Position numbers and translations under genes: made by a program. 64,000 nucleotides of DNA, taken from positions 1,364,001 to 1,428,000 of the forward strand of contig JBODTK010000011.1 of the NCBI GenBank assembly GCA_050613775.1, read 5' to 3'. Positions 15,453 through 28,594 of the stretch are shown one piece after another (position 1 is the first letter of the stretch; each line of letters starts with the position of its first letter). The notes under the pieces are model-generated. The model was not told the DNA's origin. It made no database searches and saw only the letters and a program-made list of their open reading frames with translations. Source of the stretch: Neocallimastix sp. 'constans'. Lineage: Eukaryota.

Positions 15453-16151
15453 GAAATTATTAAAAACAAAAAAAGATATATCAGTAGTATCATATCTAAA
15501 AAATATTATTACTTTTTTTTTCTCTCACTTTTTTTTTTTTTTTTTTTTATTATTATTATTAGGGAAAATTTTATTTAGTAAGCAAAGGTAAGGCAAAAAA
15601 ATTTTTTTTTTTTTTAATAATTATGTAAATAAATAAATAAATAAAATAAAGTTAAAATAAAAAAAATAAAAAATATGAAGTAAAATAAAAGGGAAACTTT
15701 AATAGGCACAATTAAGATATCAATATTTTTATAAATCAAAGTTTTATAGCTTTTTTTTTTATTATTATCATTTTATGATTTAAGTTTTCCAACTAAACTA
15801 TTCAAATATATATATTCGTTGTTGTTATTAACGAAAGCAAAGCATCAATTATTTATTATTTATATTTTAAATAAATATCTAACTTTCTCATTTTATTTTA
15901 CACTTTTTATATGACTTATTTTATTATTATTATTATTATAATATAATGTATATATTCTTTTTTATATATTCATATATACACCTTTATTATTATTTTTTTT
16001 ATCATTATTTAGTATAATAAAATTATATAAGGAAATTATATAATCAAAATAAAATAAAAATAAAAATAAAAATATAATAATAAAAAAAAAAAAAAAGAAA
16101 AATTAAAAAAAAAAAAAAAATAAAAATAAAAATAAAAATAATAAAAGAACA

Positions 16152-18035
16152 ATGAAAACAAAAACATTAATAATATTAAGTGTATCTACCGTCTTCACCA
16201 TCTTAGCTCTTTTTGGGATGGCTTGGTACCTGGAAAGCGTCCCCGCTAAGAAAGCCGAAAAATCTGATCGTTATGGCATTATGACACTTTTACCACCATT
16301 TGTGGCTATTTTCTTGGCCTTCATCACCAAGGAATCCGTTTCTTCCTTATTTGCTGGGGTTATGGTTGGTGAATTTTTACTTTGTTCTAAAAATTTCAAT
16401 ATTGTCAGTAGTCTTATTAATGCCTACTTGGCTCTCTGTACTCAAGTCATTAAGACCTTATCTGATGCCTGGAATGCCGGTATTCTTCTTCAAATTGTCC
16501 TTATCGGAGGACTTATACAAGTCATTGCAAAAATGGGAGGAGCCATGGCATTAGCTAAAGCTTTAGCTAAGAAGGCTAACAGTCCAAGAAAAGCTCAATT
16601 GATCACCGAATTTTTAGGTCTTCTTGTATTTGTGGATGACTGTGCCAATTCACTTATTGTAGGTCCAATGATGAGACCGGTGATCGATCGTCTTAAGGTT
16701 TCCAGAGAAAAGTTGGCCTTTATTGTTGATTCTACTGCCGCTCCAGTAGCAGGTATTGCTATTATTTCCACCTGGATTGGTTTAGAAGTAAGTTTAATTG
16801 TTGAAGGTTTTAAAGAAGTTGGAGAGGAAGTTAATGGATTTGGAATTTTCTTAAGAACCATTCCATTCCGTTTCTACAACATTTTAACTTTGATTTTTGT
16901 CGCTATGACTGCCATTACTTTAAGAGAATTTGGACCTATGAAAGAAGCAGAGAAAAAAGCTCGTCAACGCAACAACAAAATTAAGGATAAGGAAGAAGAA
17001 GAAATAGAAGAATCTCTTAAAGGCAATTCCCAATTTGATGATGTTAAACCAATAGAAGGTGTTAAATTATCTATTTGGAATGGAATTATTCCTATTGGTA
17101 CTTTAATTGTCACTGCCCTCTTATCCTTCTACTATAACGGTTATAAGGCCATTTTAGCAGGAGAGGATAAGGAATTAATACAATTCATGAAGAGTACCCC
17201 AATATCCATTCGAGGCGTTTTTGAAGCCTTAGCCAATTCTGATTCCTCCGTAGCCTTATTCCAAGCCGCCATTATTGCCTCTGTGGTGAGTATTGCTATG
17301 GCGTATGCCCAAAAGATATCCTTTGAAGATTCCATTGGAGAATGGGTGAACGGTATGAAGACCATTGTTCTTACCGGGGCCATTTTATTACTTGCCTGGT
17401 CCTTAGGGGATATTGCCAAAGAATTAGGTACCGCCGACTACTTAGTCACCGTATTGAAGAACACCATTCCAAAATTCATATTACCAGCCCTAATTTTCAT
17501 CATTAGTTCCATAGTATCTTTTGCCACCGGTACCTCCTACGGTACTATGGGTATTTTAATGCCATTAGCCATTCCTTTATCCTGGGCCATCAGTTCTGAC
17601 ATGGATTTCCTTATTCTCTGTGTCAGTGGTGTATTGAGTGGATCCATTTTTGGAGATCACTGTTCCCCCATCTCCGATTCCACCATTATCTCATCCATGG
17701 GTTCTGGTTGTAGTCATATTGCTCACGTTCAGACGCAAATATACTATGCCATCTATGTTGCCGTCATTACCGTCGTGATATGTTACATTCCAGCTGGTTT
17801 AGGTATTTCATGGTACATTTCAATTCCAGTAGCCATAATAATTATGTATATAGGATTAAGACTTTTAGGAGAAAAGATTCCAAATCCAGAAGATATTGAA
17901 GAGGAAGAAAAAGAAGAAACAGAAAAAAAAGGTATTGAGGATCAAAAAGAAGATAAGAATATCAAGGACTCAAAAGAAGAAACTAGAATCAATTTAGATT
18001 CAGTACAAGAAGAGCAAGAAAAGAAAGAAGAATAA
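16152..18035 (+). CDS. NhaC-family (Na+/H+ antiporter or amino-acid transporter-like) membrane protein, 627 aa, intronless
   Basis: Many TM helices; family motifs LLPPFVAI, DD.ANSLIVG, SREKLAFIVDSTAAP, FATGTSYGTMGIL, GSIFGDHCSPISDSTI; acidic C-terminal tail. Confidence 0.92.
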   Translation: MKTKTLIILSVSTVFTILALFGMAWYLESVPAKKAEKSDRYGIMTLLPPFVAIFLAFITKESVSSLFAGVMVGEFLLCSKNFNIVSSLINAYLALCTQVIKTLSDAWNAGILLQIVLIGGLIQVIAKMGGAMALAKALAKKANSPRKAQLITEFLGLLVFVDDCANSLIVGPMMRPVIDRLKVSREKLAFIVDSTAAPVAGIAIISTWIGLEVSLIVEGFKEVGEEVNGFGIFLRTIPFRFYNILTLIFVAMTAITLREFGPMKEAEKKARQRNNKIKDKEEEEIEESLKGNSQFDDVKPIEGVKLSIWNGIIPIGTLIVTALLSFYYNGYKAILAGEDKELIQFMKSTPISIRGVFEALANSDSSVALFQAAIIASVVSIAMAYAQKISFEDSIGEWVNGMKTIVLTGAILLLAWSLGDIAKELGTADYLVTVLKNTIPKFILPALIFIISSIVSFATGTSYGTMGILMPLAIPLSWAISSDMDFLILCVSGVLSGSIFGDHCSPISDSTIISSMGSGCSHIAHVQTQIYYAIYVAVITVVICYIPAGLGISWYISIPVAIIIMYIGLRLLGEKIPNPEDIEEEEKEETEKKGIEDQKEDKNIKDSKEETRINLDSVQEEQEKKEE

Positions 18036-19023
18036 AAGAAATAATATAGAAAAAAAATATATATACATAAAAATATAATAAAATTAAAAATAAAAAAAAA
18101 AAATTAAAATCTATAGATCAATAGATCTATTCGAAGTAGAAAAAAAAAATAAAAATTAAAATAAGAAATGGTATACTACTGAAAAATCTTTATAGGAAGA
18201 TATTTAATAAATAAATTTAAAAAAAAAAAATCTTTAAAAAAAAAAAAAAATATAAAACAATAATCAAAGTAAAATAGAAAAAAAAATAAAACTATCAATC
18301 CAAATAAAATAAAAAATAATTAATATAAAAAAATTAATAATATAGAAATATTAACAAACAAATAGATAAAAAAAATAATAATAATAATACCCATACATAC
18401 ACAAGAAAAAAAAAAAGAATAAATAAATAAATAAATAAATACTTTATATATAAATACATTTTTAAATATAGAACAAAAACAAAAACAAATATAATTTCAC
18501 ATAAAATATTACTATTTTCACCTTTTTTTTTTTAAAAAAAAAAAAAATAAATAAATAAATAAATAAAACTTTCATTTATCATTTGCTTCTTATACATATT
18601 TAAAATATATATATATATTTTAAATATATAAATAATCGTATTAACAAATCATATTAATAATTCCTAATTATCATAGAAATATACCAAAAATAATTTTTGT
18701 AAGAATATTTTATTTTTACAAAATGATAAACCATAGTAACAAAAAAAAAAAAAATAAATTAAATTAAATTAATAATAGCAACTCTTCATAATATTAATAT
18801 TATGGAAATAATATTAATAAAAAAAAAAAAAAAGTGAAAAGAATAATATAAAAATATAAATTATAGATAATTAAATATTACATAAACAAAAATAGATTAA
18901 TAAATAAATAAATAAATATATAAATAAATAAATAAATAAAATAATATAAATAATTATAAAATTAGTGTTATGAATTGAAAATTTGTTATTTATCATTATT
19001 GATATTATACTTTTTTATTATTA

Positions 19024-19055
<32 letters not shown>

Positions 19056-19399
19056 AATAAAATTATTATATTATAGTATTATAGTATTAATGTTATTAAT
19101 ATTTATTTCATTAATTTATGTAATAAATATTAATAACACTGATGTATAGATAGATGTTTATTATTAAAAATTTAAAAAATAAACAAAATATTAAGCTAAA
19201 GATGTGATGGGGATGAAGATATGTAAGTAGTAAACTAAAACAAACAAAAACAAAAAATAATAATAATAATAAATTTAAATAGGACAATAATAAATTATAA
19301 TTTATAAATAATATTTCTAAAAGAATTAGATTATTAGTTTTTTTTTTTTTTTTTTTTTTTATTTTATTATTATTATTTTTTGTTGTAAAAGTCAAATTC

Positions 19400-19472
19400 A
19401 TTTTTCCTATAAGCATTAAACCTTGATTAATTTTCCTACCATATCTCAATTCCAGTAAAAGTTTATAAATTG

Positions 19473-19516
<44 letters not shown>

Positions 19517-21230
19517 ATGGAAATTTATCTTATTTGTTTGCTAAAATCTTTTTACTGTCTTTATCCCATGTGTGATGTCTACAACATGATATATCTCAAA
19601 GTTAAAAAACAGAGATAATACAATTTGAGTTTTTCCATTTTTTTCTTTTTAAAATTACCTTTACCTTGAGAGCAATCGCACATTTAGCAGAAAGAGAAAG
19701 GAATATTTAATCCTTTAGAAACACAATAAAGGAAGGTAAAGCTATTCTCATTAGAAAAATCCATCAATCCAGTAAAATTCTATATTAAGTAGTGTCGCTG
19801 TACTTCTTGTTCTTTCTTTTTTTGATCCATAAAAGCAAGGTTAAGTATTTTTATTTTTAAATTTTCTTCTCTGACATATAAATCTTAATGAAGTGTAAAA
19901 GACTTATACATTTTTCCCGGTTACGAAATCCATATTGTTCTAGTCTAATAAATCCTTTATTAATTCCATATTTAGAGATTCTATTAGCGATAATTTTTGC
20001 CTAAAATTTTTAATCCATAATTTATCATAAAGATGCCATAATAATCATTACAATCAGTTTAGATTGCCTCTTTTTATGAATTGGAACTATCAATGAGTTA
20101 TTTCATGATTTTGGGAAATCACCATTATGAATTAAAACTTTGAGACATTTAAAACCAGATAAAATAGTACTATTATTTTCACTAAATTATTCTAAATCAT
20201 CTTTACCAATGAATCAAAACCTTTAAAGAATTCCATTCCATTGGAATCCCGTCAGGACCACAAGCTTTAAAGTTAGGGGAGGTATAGAAGAGATGAGATG
20301 GTCTCCCTGATTTCTTCTTTTCTTATATCTTGATTTATTTCTCCATTCTTGTTTGCCTTGGAATTTTCCCAAAAAATATGAATGTCAAGCTTTTAATTTT
20401 TCATCTATAGAAGATAACTAATTTATTACTATGGTTTTTAATAGGATGAGAAACCGTAAAAGATTGATTATTTATTTTTTGTATTCTTTTTTTTTACCCA
20501 TTTCCATGCTTTCCTACTATCTTTTTAATGGATAACATCCAATTATAATCCAATATAAGTATTACTTTTTTTTTTTTTTAAAAAAAAATAAAATGATTCA
20601 TCTGTGGTAGTTTTCTTGCAATAAACTACTTGTAGTTTATGATCGGATATAGAAGGATAATCAACAAAATATTTAATTGATATTATATCCAGCATACATA
20701 TACCTGAGTTGACTAAGGCATAATCAATTATGGTATATACCTACTTCTTAAGTCCATGAAATAAGTGAACCGTTTAATTAGAAGAACAAACCAGTTACCA
20801 AAGTTACACTTAGTTTTTTTTTTTTTTTTTTTGTCCTATAAATCAGTAGTGCTCATGCTAAAACTCTCCAAGAAGAATATATAATTGATTCGTGTGATTC
20901 TGAAGCCGTGTGAAAATTTCAGAGAATGCAATATCGGACTTGTAATATATATTTCTTTGTGGAAATATAGGATATTACCTACAGAACACTTAGAGTGATT
21001 CGATAGACTATATGTGGTTAAAAGAAACAAGATAAGTATAAGAATTATCTTTAAAGAACTGCTTGACATGAAGCAGGATACCCAAGATATAAATCTCTGC
21101 AACCTAACGAATATCGATTCATTCTTTTCTGGAAATATTTGTAGTAAGAAAGTGTTACTTTATACATGGATTTCTAGCATCATTGGTACCATTACCTGTT
21201 TCTTGAAAAATATAGGAATAATGGTTTAAA
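19400..21230 (-). mobile_element. Decayed non-LTR retrotransposon (LINE), copy 1, with internal deletion of the RT core
   Basis: Reverse strand shows APE-type IIDYALV (~20711-20733) and ISDHKL (~20631-20650), ACGPDGIPME (~20240-20270) and EQYGFRNR (~19918-19940); homologous to 34.8-35.2 and 37.06-38.8 kb. Many stops and frameshifts; boundaries approximate. Confidence 0.85.
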
Positions 21231-21375
21231 AAATTATGTTGAAATATTCAATACTAAGACAAAAAAAAAAACTTTTGTGCGTTAGAATGTGAAATTAAAT
21301 TTTGAAAAAAAAATACAATTATGTATATTGGGAGCATGGAGTTCATGATGAGCATTTATAGCATTTACTAAATTA

Positions 21376-22622
21376 ATTACAGCTAGTATTATTAACACAA
21401 AACCAATTCCAATTAGTTTGATTAAAACAAAACCAATTCTAACTAGTATTATCAAAACAAAACCAATTACAATTAGTATTATCAAAACAAAACCAGTTCC
21501 AACTAGTATTATTAAAACAAAACCAATTCCAATTAGTTTCATCAAAACAAAACCAATTCCAACTAGTCTTATCAAAACAAAACCAATTCCAACTAATATT
21601 GTTACTAATTTACCTATTTCTAAAATTAGAACTTCAATAACAACTACAGCTTCTTCTATTATGTTCCTATAACAACAACAACTTTATGTCCACTTGGAAA
21701 AGGTGTAGTGAGGAGTCAGTTACTTGATTGTAATAAGATTCATGGTAAATTCTATCAAAATTTCCATTCCTATCCTGAATGTTATACCGATTTCATATGT
21801 TTTATTCCACAAAGGGAAGCTGCCATTAAACCAATTGTTACCAATAATTATGAAATTAGAAATGAACCTATCAAAACTATTGGTATTTCTAATGTAAAAC
21901 AAAATAAATCATCTTGTATCATTATAGAGAATGTTACATATCGTTCAGCTGATATTACCAATATTGAATCTTGTAAAAAGGGAATGTCAAGCTATAACTT
22001 TAATAGCTGTGTAAAAGAAGCAAGTAAGCTTTTCCCAGATTTTCATTATATTGAAATTGATAATGATATTTCTATCAAAACGATTCCTATCAAGACTATT
22101 CCTATCAAGATGATTCCTATCAAGACTATTCCAGTCATAACTAAAAAAACAATTACTACTTCAATTAAAACAATTTCAAGTCCAAGTCCTATCTCTAATA
22201 TTTCAAAGATCTTAAAGACAACAACATCTATAGATAAACCTGAACCCCTACCAACAATTATTCAGCATATTTGTCCACCGACTGGTGCATTAGGTTTATT
22301 TGCTTCTCAATGTGATAGAGATCATGGAATATTTTATTATAAAGAATATGGATATCCCGAATGCACTTTAAAGTATGCCTGTTTCTCTCCAATGGAGGAT
22401 AACAATGATAGTCGTGATTGTATCCTTCATGATAGAATGAAATATTGTACCATTAGTTATAATATTCCTAAATGTTAATCAAATACTGATTTATACAATT
22501 TCAAAGAATGTATTGAAATTATAAATTCAAAATTAAATTTCAGAAATTATGGTCCTATTATTTCTACTACTAAATACTTATCAGTTACTACTACTACATC
22601 AACAAAGCCAACTACTTTTTAA
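21376..22622 (+). pseudogene. 5'-truncated pseudogene paralog of the 63178 gene (IKTKP linkers plus two 8-Cys-type domains)
   Basis: Begins mid-gene at ATTACAGCTAGTATTATTAACACAAAACC (identical to 63721 onward); frameshift near 21660; Cys lost (YRSADIT vs YCSADIT); in-frame TAA at 22476-22478 after which the frame continues (SNTDLYNFKECI...) to TAA 22620-22622. Confidence 0.8.
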
Positions 22623-22634
22623 AAAATTATTTTT

Positions 22635-22674
<40 letters not shown>

Positions 22675-23787
22675 AGAGACAGCTACTCTAACCATTTAGT
22701 GATTATGTATTTAATGTGTTGATAAATAGTCTTAAAGTGATGATAATAGATTTAATGGACCAATAAGTTTTGTAAATCTGTATCAACAAGTCATGAAGTG
22801 AATAAATATTATTCACTGTAAACTTAAACCATATATATATATTAAAAAATTTTATTGTATAATAATAATATTATAACAGTTATTAAAAAAAAATATATTA
22901 AAAAAAAAAAAAAATGTATTAAAAAAAATGTATTAAAAAAAAGTTAATAAAAATATTATATAAACCTAAACATATAATAATAATAATAATAAAAATTATT
23001 AAAATTTTAATTATTTTATTATATTTGTTTTAATAATAATATAATTATCTCAATAAAAAGAAATTATATTTCTATAACCTTAACTGTATATATATATAAA
23101 AAAAATTAATCAAATATTATTTACAAATAGTATTTTCATTATTCTGAACCATATTTACCATTAGCAAATGTATCCAAAAAAAAAAAAAAAAAAAAAAAAA
23201 CGAAATACAAATATTCATAGTATATAACATTAATATTATATTATTAAAATGATATATATATATATTGCATATTCTTGTATAATAATAAAAAAATTAAGTT
23301 AGTAAATAAATAAATAAATAGTAACAAATAAAAAGAATTAAATAAATGATTTATTAATAGAAGAATAAAATATATAAAGTAATATATATATATATATATT
23401 TATACTAATTCTCTAATTTTTGAAAATAATGATTATTAATGATTAATAATAATTATTAATAATTATTAATGAATTTTTTTTTTTTATTTTATTTTATTTT
23501 TTTTTCTAATTAAATTTATTAATTAATTAAATATTAAACCTATAAAAAAAAATTTTTTTTTTTTTTGAAGTATTATATATGAAGATAATAAAAGAGATAG
23601 AGAACAAATTCATTCATTTATTTTAAACTTATTTTGAATTTGTTTAAGATAATCTAATTGAGCATATATTGTATACTTGATAACTTTAAATTGAACTTTT
23701 ATATATTATATTTATAAATAATAATAGATAAAAAAAAAAAAAAATGATTACTGAATGAAGTATATATAATTATAAGTTTATAATATT

Positions 23788-25579
23788 ATGGATAATAAAA
23801 TTAATATTATTGAAAAACATAGAAATTTTATAGTAGATTTATTAAAAGAAGTTGACGAAGAAGAAATACATAATTTAATTACTTTGAAAAGTTATATTAA
23901 AAATAATAATGTTGATTTGAAGTCATTAAATAACAAGGATTTTGATATTGTAATATTTTCCATTGAAAGCAATGCCGCAACTGAAATTATAAAATTTATA
24001 ATAGAACAATGTCAGTATAAAACCTTTAATTATACTTTTAATATTACAGAAAATTATAAAAGTTATTATAATAATTTTTATTATAATAATATAAAATATA
24101 AAGTTCCACTCTTTTCAGCCATCAAAAAGGAAAATTTTGAAATTGCTGATTTATTAATTCAATATAATGCAGATATTAATTATTTAGCAAATGATAAACA
24201 AAATGTCGCTGTATATTTATATGATTGCTATCATTGTATATATAAACCTGAATTGAAATATATATTAAAAAAGGGATTCTTTGTGAATGGTTTTACAACA
24301 AATCTTATAAATGATATTATATTAGATGGATATAATTTTAATCTATTAAAAAGTATATTTAATTTTAGAATTTTTGATGAAGCATTTGTTTTAAATTTAT
24401 TATCAATATATAAAAATAAATTCAAACTCTCAAAAAAACAGTTAAATAGTTTAATTAGAAAAGAAAAAAGTAAAATTAAAATCGAAGATTCAATGTATGA
24501 AAATGTCTTAAGATGTGAGCATTACGAATCTTTGGTACTACTTTTAAAATATGATAGTGATGAACCTTTCGTAATTTTAGATAAAATTCAAAAATATGAT
24601 TTATTAAATGTCGCCATTAAAAACGTTGAATATAATCTTATGGTAGAGGTATTGACCCAGGAATTATTAAGTTTTGATTTTAAACATTTAGAAAAGATAT
24701 TTATTGAAGAAAGTCGAAATAATGATATTCGATTTGTTTTGGGAATATTACTTGAAAATTTATTTAAACAAAAATCTTGTATTATTTCAAGCACCCAATT
24801 TGAAAATATTTTATTGTCAGCTAGTAAAGTCAATAATTTAAATATCATGTCTTTACTTTTAAAATTATTATTAAATGGTTCTAGAAGTTCCAATGATCAA
24901 TTTAAAATACTAACTTCAGAATCGCCAAACATTAGAACTCATATAGAAATGATTATGAACGAAAATGTTACCCTAAAGGATAGGTTTAAATTTGTATCGA
25001 AAGAATCAACAGTGATAATCGATAAATTAAACGAAATATTAAAAAAATCTCAAAATCTCAATATAACCGACGGTTTAAAAGTAACTTTAATTAAAAACTG
25101 TGATACCCGTTTCCTAACACTCATATTAAACTTGGCAATTAAAACAAATAATTTTGAAGTTGTCAAGTATTTAATAGAAAATAAAGAATTAAGTTCCAAA
25201 TTAGATATTAATACCAAGGATAGAAATAATGAATTTCCAATTATTATTGCTCAAGATTTGGTAACTAATGATCTCACCAATATAAAAATTTTTAAGTTTT
25301 TATTGGATCATCACGCAAATACTAATGTAAAAAATGATAAAAATGATTCATTATTATCATTAGCCCTTAAAAATAGAAAATATATGAATATTAAATATAT
25401 ATTGGAAAGTAATAAATCTATTGAAAAACTAATCCATGTTAATAATAATAATAATAATGATAATGATCATAATTATAATAATGAAAATAATGATAATAAT
25501 GATAATAATGATAATAATGATAATAATAATATTAATGATAATGATAATAATAATAATAGCGATAATAATAATAATAGCG

Positions 25580-25618
<39 letters not shown>

Positions 25619-26577
25619 CTATGATTAATGCCATATTCCATCATAATATAACTAAAGTTAAAGCAATAATAAATCAAGGAAATAAAGAAAATTTAGACTT
25701 TGAAGATAGGATAGATTATGAAGATGAATTGATATTTACTCCTCTCATTCTTTCCTATTTATTAAATTATAATGATATTTTTGAATTTTTATTAGATCAT
25801 AATAATTTGAATGAGTTAGATAAATTTGGTTATTCTCTATTATGTTATGCAATAATAAAGAATGATTTAAAAACAATTGAATATTTAATGGATCATAATG
25901 TAAATATTAATTTAAAAAAAAATAAATATGGGTATGGTCATTCTGTACTAGATATTGCTATTCAAACCGGAAATAAGGACGCCTTTTTAATACTTATCAA
26001 TAATGGTAAAATCAATATAAATACAACCAATAGTCAAGAAGAATTACCATTAATTACTTTATTAAAAAGTAAACTCTATTCTTCTGACGATAAATTTTTA
26101 ATGTTAGAATGTATTCTTAAAAAGGGATCCGATATTAATGTTACCGATAATAATGGAAAGTCTGCTATTGCCTATGCCATCCAAGAATCATCTTTATCTC
26201 TACCTCTTGTTAAATTATTTATTGAATATGGAGCATGTATAGATTTTGCCGATGGAAATAAAAATCTACCTATCGTCTATGCTATTAAAGAAAAATCTTT
26301 AGAATTGGTAAAATTATTTATTGAACAAGGAGCAGATGCGAACACCGTTGACATTTTTGATTTCTCTCTTTTAGCCTATGCCATTCAAGAAAAATCATTA
26401 CCACTAGTGAAATATTTAGTGGAGCATGGAGCTAATGTGAATTTTGTGATTCGAAATTTAGAGGTGGAAAAAATACAATCGATGTTGCTCTACGCCATGG
26501 AATTTGACGATTTATCTATTGTGAAATATTTATTGGAGCATCATGCCCAATATGACTTTACACAAGAAAAGGAATAA
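23788..26577 (+). CDS. Ankyrin-repeat protein, 929 aa, intronless, with poly-Asn/Asp tract
   Basis: Repeated ankyrin motifs (PLFSAIK..NFEIADLLIQYNADIN, LVKLFIEQGADAN, LVKYLVEHGANVN). Confidence 0.9.
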
Positions 26578-26780
26578 AATATTTTATATCTTTTGAATTT
26601 TTGTTTTTCTATTCGTTTAATAAACCTTTGTACAACGTAATAATTTTCTATAAAATAATCATACATAAACTAAAATAAAATGTTAGTAGTGAAAGACTAA
26701 AAAAAAAAAAAAAAAAAAAGATTCTCATTTGTTAAAATAAAGTCTTAAACTCAAGCTTTGGAGTAAATCAATCTCCTACA

Positions 26781-27481
26781 TTTTCATTTTACAATAACTA
26801 CATGAGAGTTTAAATAATACTAAAGTAAAAATACATATAAAAAAAATGTTAAATAAAAAAAATACAATAGATTCATTACCGATGATCATATATAGAAACA
26901 GCATGATATTATTAATTATACAACTTCAACATTACTACCTATCCAGTTTAAAAAACAATATAAAACATCAGGTTCATTTTCTCTGGCCATTCCAATATTC
27001 AAAATTTTCTCTCTTCTTACTAATAGCCACTTAAGAAGGGACAACCATCGTTTTATCATCAAAATTACAGAAAATTGTAATCAGTACCCCTGATATAAGC
27101 TATTCCTTTTTACATTAACTCTCACTAGACCTGGAAAAACACTTTTCGTCATAAAGTAATTAAAAAAATAAATAATACAGATTTATTTATTTCTAAACTC
27201 AATCATAATTGTTAGAATATGTGAAATAATGAGAAATAAACTTCAAATGTATTTATAATGTATTAAAACATATTGTAATATATATAATGTATAAGTCACA
27301 ATGTATTAATATAACAGCATTTAATTTAGTATAATTCAATGCTAGTAATTCTTTATCATAAAATATATTAATATATAATTTTAAACCACAAATTCATGAC
27401 TCTTAACAATAATTTATTTATGTATGTATGTATGTATGTATGTATGTATGTATGTATGTATGTATGTATGTATGTATGTAT

Positions 27482-27544
<63 letters not shown>

Positions 27545-27630
27545 TGTATTTATATAATTGTATTAAAAAAAAAATTATGGCGTCAAATTACAACAAATAT
27601 GAACGCCATATTGTGAAATGTATAACTTTC
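26781..27630 (-). mobile_element. Dispersed repeat element, copy A (decayed ORF end, AT-rich blocks, ATGGCGT..ACGCCAT hairpin)
   Basis: 26781-27140, 27211-27410 and 27570-27630 are reverse-complement homologs of 34380-34740, 33760-33913 and 34000-34060. Family not identified. Confidence 0.65.
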
Positions 27631-28305
27631 TGAAATGCTCCACAATCCATTTACTCTATAAAATATTTTTATTTTGGATTTAAATTAATATATATTATAT
27701 TTTTTAAATAATTTTCATTTATTAAATAAATAAATAAATAAAAATTAAATAAATAAATAAAAAATAAATAAATAAATAAAAATTAAATTAATAAATAAAA
27801 AATTAAATTAAATATTTAATATAAATTTAATATAAATTAAATTGAAAGAATTTATTATTTATTCCTATATTATAATATTGAAATTTTTTTAAAAAAAAAA
27901 AAAAGAAAAATAAATGTCCTATTTTTTTTTTCTTAATGCATTATTTAATTATTATAATTATTATTATTATAGTTTTATTATTCTTATTATTATTTTTTTT
28001 ATTTTATAGTTTAAATAAATTTATTAATTTTGGATAATATACTTTAATTTATAATTATTAATATTATTATTATTATATTATTATAATTTAATTTTTATTA
28101 TATTTCTTCTTTAAAAAAAAAAAAAAAAAAAAAAAAATTAAAAATTATACATATTCTTTAAATTATAATACAATAAATTTAAACAAAATGAATAAATATA
28201 ATATATAAATATATTTATAATTATTATTATTTTAATTATTAATTATTATAAATGACTTATTAAAATTACTTATTATCATAATTACTTATAACTAAAGTTT
28301 CATCA

Positions 28306-28345
<40 letters not shown>

Positions 28346-28517
28346 TCTTTCATTTTTTTATTTTCCATTTTATTATTATACAAACGATTTATTTTTAATT
28401 ATAATATAATTATTTATTTCTGTAAAAAAAAAAAGTTTTATATATATATATATTTTTTTTAAAAACTTTATATTATTAATATTATTAATGACTTTTATTT
28501 ACTTTATTTATATTGTT

Positions 28518-28557
<40 letters not shown>

Positions 28558-28594
28558 GATTGATATAAAATGACAAAACTATTATTTGTTATTT

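Noticed and set aside
27424..27633. MYVC/IYLF ORFs
   Set aside because: (TATG)n and (TTTA)n microsatellites.
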